Shown here piece by piece: positions 58,416 through 64,000 of a DNA stretch of 64,000 bases (positions within the stretch are counted from its first letter, which is position 1; each line of letters opens with the position of its first letter). Position numbers and translations under genes: made by a program. This stretch comes from Thermoproteota archaeon. Lineage in GTDB: Archaea; Korarchaeota; Korarchaeia; Korarchaeales; Korarchaeaceae. The DNA is taken from positions 1-64,000 of the forward strand of contig JALSOH010000006.1 in NCBI GenBank assembly GCA_026986575.1. Direction: 5' to 3'. The notes below the pieces were generated by a model. The model was not told the origin of the DNA. It did not search any database and was given only the letters and a program-made list of their open reading frames with translations.

Positions 58416-59561
58416 ATGGAAGATCTCTCTACCGGTTTCAAGCTACTGAGAAATGCTCTTCTCTTATCTCTAATAGCCTTCATAGTACCTCTAATCTCCT
58501 TGGGAGCCATGGGAGTCGCAGACCTGGGGTCTCTCGAATTAGAGCAACTCATGGTCGCTCTGTCTGCAGTGACAGCGGCGGGAGCAGTAGCAGGAATCCT
58601 GAGTTTGATCTCACTGTTCTTCATGTACAAGGGATGGACGGAGATGTGCTATGGGCTTGATGAGCTGTTCTGCACGGTGAGTCGGGTAATAAAGTACGGT
58701 ACCATAGCCTCTTTTGCCCTCCTCCTGATCTCCGTCGGGATGATGTACTCCTCCATCCAGAATATGATGGGAAATCCCGCTGGAGTCCTCTCCACAATTC
58801 TTGCGGCCTCTCCTCTGCTCACGCTATCCGGTTTAGCTGGCCTTGCGGTCTTCATATCGATAATCTACGCATTCTACAAGTTAGGCGCGATCTTGGGAAT
58901 AGGTAATCTCAAGGTAGGAGCCGCACTTCTCCTGATAGGGCCCCTCGCTTCGTTTTCGAATGTAATCGCCCTATCACTGGGCTTAACTGTGCTGGGACTC
59001 ATCCTCCTGACTATCACCACGAATAAGCTGATCCATACCGAGATAGAGGTGGTGGAGGAGGGGGAGATCGAGGAAGAATACGAGGAAATGGTAGAGCGCA
59101 GGGAACCGAGATCTCCAAGAAAGGCGAGAAAGCCGAGGCGGAGGCCGGTCTATGGAGAAATGGAAAAACCTCGCAGGTACGAACCCGTGGAGGAGTGGAT
59201 GGAAGCTCCCGCCCCACCTCCTAAGCGCAAAGAGGTTGGTGCACAACTGGTGGGACCCAACGGCTTCGTTGCCAGGCTGGGTCCTGGAATAAGGACCTTC
59301 GGAAGGAGGGATTTCGCTGGCATCGTCCCAGATGAGGACCTCGACTACGTCTCTAGGAGACACTTCGAGATAAGAGGGACTTCACAGGGGTACTTCATAA
59401 GGGATCTAGGCAGCCTGAACGGCACCTGGGTTAACGGCAGGAAACTCGCTAGGGGAGAATCCGTCAGACTTACCAACGGTTCTGTGATAGATGTGGCCGA
59501 AGTTGTCCGGTTAAGGTTCGTCTCGAGCGAGCCTGAGGACTTAGGTGTCCCATCCCTATGA
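58416..59561 (+). CDS. Polytopic membrane protein with C-terminal FHA domain
   Basis: About 5 hydrophobic segments in aa 1-205, charged linker, FHA motifs FGR, VSRRH, DLGSLNGTWVNG. Confidence 0.88.
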   Translation: MEDLSTGFKLLRNALLLSLIAFIVPLISLGAMGVADLGSLELEQLMVALSAVTAAGAVAGILSLISLFFMYKGWTEMCYGLDELFCTVSRVIKYGTIASFALLLISVGMMYSSIQNMMGNPAGVLSTILAASPLLTLSGLAGLAVFISIIYAFYKLGAILGIGNLKVGAALLLIGPLASFSNVIALSLGLTVLGLILLTITTNKLIHTEIEVVEEGEIEEEYEEMVERREPRSPRKARKPRRRPVYGEMEKPRRYEPVEEWMEAPAPPPKRKEVGAQLVGPNGFVARLGPGIRTFGRRDFAGIVPDEDLDYVSRRHFEIRGTSQGYFIRDLGSLNGTWVNGRKLARGESVRLTNGSVIDVAEVVRLRFVSSEPEDLGVPSL

Positions 59562-60655
59562 AGATCCAAGGATCCCTCGGCTCCTACCACGTGATAAAGA
59601 GGCTAGGAAGGGGGGGCTTCGCCGACATCCTCCTAGCCAGGGCTGACGGGGAACTGGTCGTTATAAAACTACCGAAAGACGACGAGATGTCCAGGATGCT
59701 CCTAAGAGAGGAGGCCTCTATCCTGAGGGAGGTATCCACCCCCTCTCCCCACGAGCACATAGTCGCATTCATTGAGTGGATAGATAGGGTGCCCGCTCTG
59801 GTGGAGGAGTATGTCCCTGGTCCCACGATAGGGGAGGCCTACAGGAGTAGGAGGGCTACGCAGAATGATGCAATAAGGATATCGTTGGGCGTTCTCTCCG
59901 CGCTGGAGAGGATACACTCACTGGGCGTGGTTCATGGGGATGTGAAACCCGATAACATAATCCTCCCGCGCTCCCTACACCCGGTTCTCATAGATCTTGG
60001 TGTAGCTAGGGCTATGGGCAAGAGATCCGTAGCGGGAACCCCTGGATGGAGCGCTCCAGAATTTCTGAGGGGAGAGGTCTCACCGGAGGCCGATATATAC
60101 TCAGTTGGGGTCCTGATTCTCTTTCTAGTGTATGGAACTGATCCTAGAGAATCTCTAGGGCCTGATGATCTCCCGAGGAATCTATCAGATCATCTCAGGT
60201 ATGTGCTAGCTAGGGCACTGGATCCCGATCCTAGGAGGAGGTTCAGCAGCGCGAGGGACATGTCGCTCGCCCTGATGGGAGTGAGGCTTCCCCCAGAGTC
60301 CGGTCCTAGGTTAGTCGTTCAGGGGAAGACTATACCCCTGAAGGACAAGATAACTATAGGAAGGGTGAAGAGACAGGGAGGCACGGGATGGGCAGATGTA
60401 AACCTACAGGAGATCGGATCAAGGAGATCCTTACCCCCTGGCCCACCTAAGGGGTGGATAGAGATAGTGAGGGTAGGGAGCGAGTACTGGATAAGCGATA
60501 GGGGAGCCCCGGGTGGGATATGGGTTTACGAGGGTAATGAGTGGATCAAAGTACTGGATTATCCGTTGAAACATGGTCAATTGATATCCTTCGGCCTCAG
60601 GAGGAGGGGAAGGAACGTACTCCCGTACATTCCCGCCAGAGTTTACTTAAGGTAA
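59558..60655 (+). CDS. Hanks-type Ser/Thr protein kinase with C-terminal FHA-like domain
   Basis: LGRGGFA, VIK, HGDVKPDN, DLG, GT..WSAPE, DIYSVG; C-terminal TIGR...D.G..GG.WV. Confidence 0.93.
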   Translation: MKIQGSLGSYHVIKRLGRGGFADILLARADGELVVIKLPKDDEMSRMLLREEASILREVSTPSPHEHIVAFIEWIDRVPALVEEYVPGPTIGEAYRSRRATQNDAIRISLGVLSALERIHSLGVVHGDVKPDNIILPRSLHPVLIDLGVARAMGKRSVAGTPGWSAPEFLRGEVSPEADIYSVGVLILFLVYGTDPRESLGPDDLPRNLSDHLRYVLARALDPDPRRRFSSARDMSLALMGVRLPPESGPRLVVQGKTIPLKDKITIGRVKRQGGTGWADVNLQEIGSRRSLPPGPPKGWIEIVRVGSEYWISDRGAPGGIWVYEGNEWIKVLDYPLKHGQLISFGLRRRGRNVLPYIPARVYLR

Positions 60656-60694
60656 CTTTTTTACCCGAGTCTAAGTAGGTCGCATCGATCGATC

Positions 60695-61525
60695 ATGAGC
60701 AACATCAAGGCGCATTTTACCCCCCCTAGAGCCGCTGGCATCCCACAACCACCTGAGAATGTCAAGAGGATAAGAAGAAGGATAGCGGTCATGAGCGGAA
60801 AGGGAGGCGTCGGTAAGACCACTGTGTCCGTTAATATAGCCGCAGAGCTGGCTAGAAGGGGATATTCAGTTGGCATACTGGATACAGATCTCACCGGACC
60901 CAATGTCCCCAAGGCACTAGGTCTCATAGATGTCCCCATATACGCTACAAATGAGGGGATTATCCCCGCAGAGGGACCCCTCAAGATGAAGGTCATGTCC
61001 TTAGGGTTGATGGTTAGGGATGGAGATCCCGTTATATGGAGGGGACCCCTTAAAGCCAAGGCCATTCAAGAGTTCGTGGAAAACGTTAACTGGGGAGACC
61101 TCGATTATCTGGTCGTGGATCTCCCACCCGGCACGGGAGACGAACCGCTAAGCGTTATGCAACTCGTTCCCCTCCATGGAGTTGTCTTGGTGACTACGCC
61201 GCAGGAAGTTGCCTTAATGGATGTAAAGAGGGCTCTCCACATGGTAAGGAAGATGGAATACAAGCCATTGGGAGTAGTGGAAAACATGAGCTACTTCATA
61301 TGTCCTGGCGGCGAGAAGGTGAGGATCTTCGGTGAGGGTGGTGGAAGGAGACTCGCTGAGGAGGAAGAGGTGCCCTTCTTGGGGGAGATACCCATAGACC
61401 CCAAGGTAGTGGAGTTCATGGACAGGGGGATGCCCATAGTGCTGGCCGATCCTGAGAATATGGTGTCCAGAGCATTCAAGGAGATAGTAGATAGGATAGA
61501 AGAACAGCTGATCGAAGCTCAATGA
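60695..61525 (+). CDS. Mrp/ApbC/Nbp35 Fe-S cluster carrier ATPase
   Basis: SGKGGVGK, WRGP, DLPPGTGD, VTTPQ, ENMS. Confidence 0.95.
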   Translation: MSNIKAHFTPPRAAGIPQPPENVKRIRRRIAVMSGKGGVGKTTVSVNIAAELARRGYSVGILDTDLTGPNVPKALGLIDVPIYATNEGIIPAEGPLKMKVMSLGLMVRDGDPVIWRGPLKAKAIQEFVENVNWGDLDYLVVDLPPGTGDEPLSVMQLVPLHGVVLVTTPQEVALMDVKRALHMVRKMEYKPLGVVENMSYFICPGGEKVRIFGEGGGRRLAEEEEVPFLGEIPIDPKVVEFMDRGMPIVLADPENMVSRAFKEIVDRIEEQLIEAQ

Positions 61526-61638
61526 TCCCTATCCATCGAGAAAGTCCCCCTATCAGGTTCTTCCGACCCTTTATTTCCTGCACCAACCATGTATAGGATT
61601 AAAAGAAAACGGGCCGCACGCATTAGTGGTGGTGCTGC

Positions 61639-62805
61639 TTGGCATCGGAGGTTCCTCCTGTATACATCGGTCTTAAGGGCATCTATGTCGCTAAGACGGC
61701 TCTCAGCTATATAGATGGAGAGAGAGGGAAGCTCATCTATAGAGGATACTCCATCGAGGACCTAGCTGAACACTCGTCGTTTGAAGAGGTCACTTACCTG
61801 CTATGGTTCGGTAAATTGCCTAACAGGAAGGAGCTGGAAGAGTTTAAGGAAAACCTGTCTAAGGAGAGAGAGATACCGGAGGAGGTAGTAGAGATCTTAA
61901 GGAAGCTTCCAAAGAGCTCCCATCCCATGGATGTCCTGAAGACCGGAGTAGCTGCCCTAGGTCCCTTCGATCCTGACCTGCCTAACATATGGGGACAGCA
62001 TATCCACGAGAAGAGGGCGGAGAACCTGAGGATAGCTATCAGAATACTCTCAAAAATGCCGACCATAATGGCCTACTTCCACAGGATGAGAGAGGGTAAA
62101 GAAATAGTGCATCCGAGGACCGACCTTAGCCACGCTGCGAACTTCCTCTACATGATGTGGGGTAGGGAGCCCAAGGATATAGAAGCAAAGCTAATGGATG
62201 TGGCCCTCATACTGCACGCCGACCACGGATTTAATGCATCAACCTTCGCATGCTTGGTTACGGCATCAACCCTCTCTGACCTCTATTCCGCGGTGGTGAC
62301 AGGTATATCGACCCTAAAAGGCCCGCTTCATGGAGGAGCCAACGAGCAGGCATTGAAAATGTTGATGGAGATAGGATCCCCAGATAGAGCCAGAGACTAC
62401 GTTAAGGCCAAGCTTGAGAGGAAAGAGAGGATAATGGGATTCGGGCACAGGGTATACAAGGCTTATGACCCAAGGGCTAGAATACTCAAGAAGTACGCGG
62501 AGATGCTCGCGAAGGAAACGGGTCAGGAAAACCTATTCAATACCGCCTTGGAAGTGGAGAAGGTGATGATCGAGCTCCTCGGGAAGAAAGGCATATTCCC
62601 GAATGTGGACTTCTACTCCGGTCAGGTATATCACATGTTAGGGGTTCCCACCGATATCTTCACTCCCATATTCGCTATCTCTAGAACCTCCGGATGGATA
62701 GGGCATGTGTTCGAGTACTGGGAGGAGAATGTCCTGATAAGGCCAAGAGCCCTGTACGTGGGTCCGATGGAGGCCAAGTACATACCATTGGATGAGAGGT
62801 TATAG
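61639..62805 (+). CDS. gltA: Citrate synthase
   Basis: GL.G, YRGY, HADHGFNAST, GPLHGGA, MGFGHRVY, DPRA, NVDF. Confidence 0.95.
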   Translation: MASEVPPVYIGLKGIYVAKTALSYIDGERGKLIYRGYSIEDLAEHSSFEEVTYLLWFGKLPNRKELEEFKENLSKEREIPEEVVEILRKLPKSSHPMDVLKTGVAALGPFDPDLPNIWGQHIHEKRAENLRIAIRILSKMPTIMAYFHRMREGKEIVHPRTDLSHAANFLYMMWGREPKDIEAKLMDVALILHADHGFNASTFACLVTASTLSDLYSAVVTGISTLKGPLHGGANEQALKMLMEIGSPDRARDYVKAKLERKERIMGFGHRVYKAYDPRARILKKYAEMLAKETGQENLFNTALEVEKVMIELLGKKGIFPNVDFYSGQVYHMLGVPTDIFTPIFAISRTSGWIGHVFEYWEENVLIRPRALYVGPMEAKYIPLDERL

Positions 62806-62910
62806 GGTCGAGAGCGGAACTCCCTCCATTTTTTGTTAAAATGATTTCTATTTTTACGCAAATATTGCTCATCTTATGAGGTAGAATTCCAGTAATAGAG
62901 TAATATTACA

Positions 62911-62927
62911 GGTGAAACGGTTTCACC
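62911..62927. promoter_or_regulatory. Perfect 17-bp palindrome upstream of PKD gene (putative operator)
   Basis: GGTGAAAC-G-GTTTCACC. Confidence 0.5.
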
Positions 62928-62986
62928 AGTAAATCAGAAGTTTATCCGCATCAATCTTTATTTAGGGCTACCAGAGGGATCACCTG

Positions 62987-64000
62987 ATGAGAGCAACGAA
63001 AATAACACTTATCTCAGCCCTGCTAGTGCTTACGCTAATGACGGTGGCCGTTTCGGCCGATACAGGATGTCCCGCCGTGGACTCCTCAACAGACGTGGCA
63101 CCTAGAGTTGTGGAGATAACGGTATACAGGATTACTGGAAAGACGGTAGAGCTAATAGGAGTAGTAGAGGATCCGGACAGTGGTTTAAGGGAGTGGATCT
63201 GGGATTTCGGCGACGGGACGATCGTGAAGAAGACCGGTGGATGGTCTAAGATCGGGGACTCCACCTACAAGATGATGGTGAAGCACACCTACAGCGATTA
63301 CAGAAGCTACACGGTCAAGCTCCAAGTAACTGATGACTGGCTCAAGGAGTCCAACGTCAAGACAAAGCTGGTCACCATTAAAAAGTCCAACTACAAGCCC
63401 GTGGTGAAACTCAAGAGGGTCTCACCCAATCCAGCCCAGCCCGGTGAAAAGATCGTATTCGAGGTGGAGGGGATAGATCCAGATGGGCATGTGGTGGAGT
63501 ACTATTGGGACTTCGGTGACGGTAAGAAGGCTAAAGGGGCCAATCTAACTAGAGTGACTCACTCATACTCTAAAGAGGGTACGTACGTTGTCAAAGTCAA
63601 AGCAAAGGATGACAAGGGCGCTTACTCCGATGCTGTTACTGAAGAGATCTACATACGCTCTCAGACCAAACCGAAACCGAAGAACAAACCACCAGTTATA
63701 ACCACGGTCAAATTCACTCCAGTGGAACCTTCTGTGGGGGTTTCCGTGACTTTCAGGGCCACCGCCTCCGATCCGGAGGGAGATAGACTCACATTCCAGT
63801 GGAACTTCGGTGACGGTACTATAAAGAATGGAGGTCCGCAGATGGCTCATATATACAAGAAGGAAGGGGCCTACACTGTTAAGGTGAGAGCTGTAGATTC
63901 TAAGGGTGCCTCTTCCCCGTACTACACGGTTAGCGTGGCTGTAAAGGGTAATAAGCCGCCCCAAGCATCTATAGTCGAGGTAAGAACTAGGGATAATATT
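62987..64000 (+). CDS. Secreted PKD-repeat cell-surface protein (3'-truncated; absent from ORF track)
   Basis: MRATKITLISALLVLTLMTVAVSA signal peptide; three WDFGDG/WNFGDG...H.Y...Y.V repeats; frame open to window end. Confidence 0.92.
   Translation, partial: MRATKITLISALLVLTLMTVAVSADTGCPAVDSSTDVAPRVVEITVYRITGKTVELIGVVEDPDSGLREWIWDFGDGTIVKKTGGWSKIGDSTYKMMVKHTYSDYRSYTVKLQVTDDWLKESNVKTKLVTIKKSNYKPVVKLKRVSPNPAQPGEKIVFEVEGIDPDGHVVEYYWDFGDGKKAKGANLTRVTHSYSKEGTYVVKVKAKDDKGAYSDAVTEEIYIRSQTKPKPKNKPPVITTVKFTPVEPSVGVSVTFRATASDPEGDRLTFQWNFGDGTIKNGGPQMAHIYKKEGAYTVKVRAVDSKGASSPYYTVSVAVKGNKPPQASIVEVRTRDNI

Noticed and set aside
1-64000. CRISPR arrays, IS elements, inteins, Sec/Pyl read-through
   Set aside because: No regularly spaced repeats, transposase/integrase ORFs, oversized conserved proteins or in-frame stops within conserved domains seen by eye

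Overview
Core-genome segment of a thermophilic archaeon. Gene content and order suggest a TACK lineage, most plausibly Korarchaeota (inference). The first 16 kb is the ribosomal/transcription superoperon (L32e to secY, Cbf5, S13/S4/S11, rpoD, L18e/L13/S9, aIF5A, SRP54, Pus10, L21e, rpoF). The rest is housekeeping and metabolic: pheST, enolase, CCA enzyme, TFE, NAC, MBF1, SRP RNA, 7 tRNAs (one with a BHB intron), a Mo/W-cofactor and AOR cluster, Tat, hom/lysC, citrate synthase and a truncated PKD surface protein. I saw no CRISPR array, transposase, integrase or prophage. Most notable: (1) an orphan gene between rps11 and rpoD ending in an arcadin-2-like, putatively crenactin-binding helix; (2) a type II pantothenate kinase + ECF S-component + Nudix-fusion salvage cluster; (3) a membrane-anchored FHA protein coupled to a Hanks kinase-FHA; (4) a LipS1/LipS2 lipoyl synthase pair divergent from an AOR-MoaD operon; (5) two candidate C/D-box sRNAs and a possibly bistable leader RNA. 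All family calls are from visual motif recognition, not database searches.
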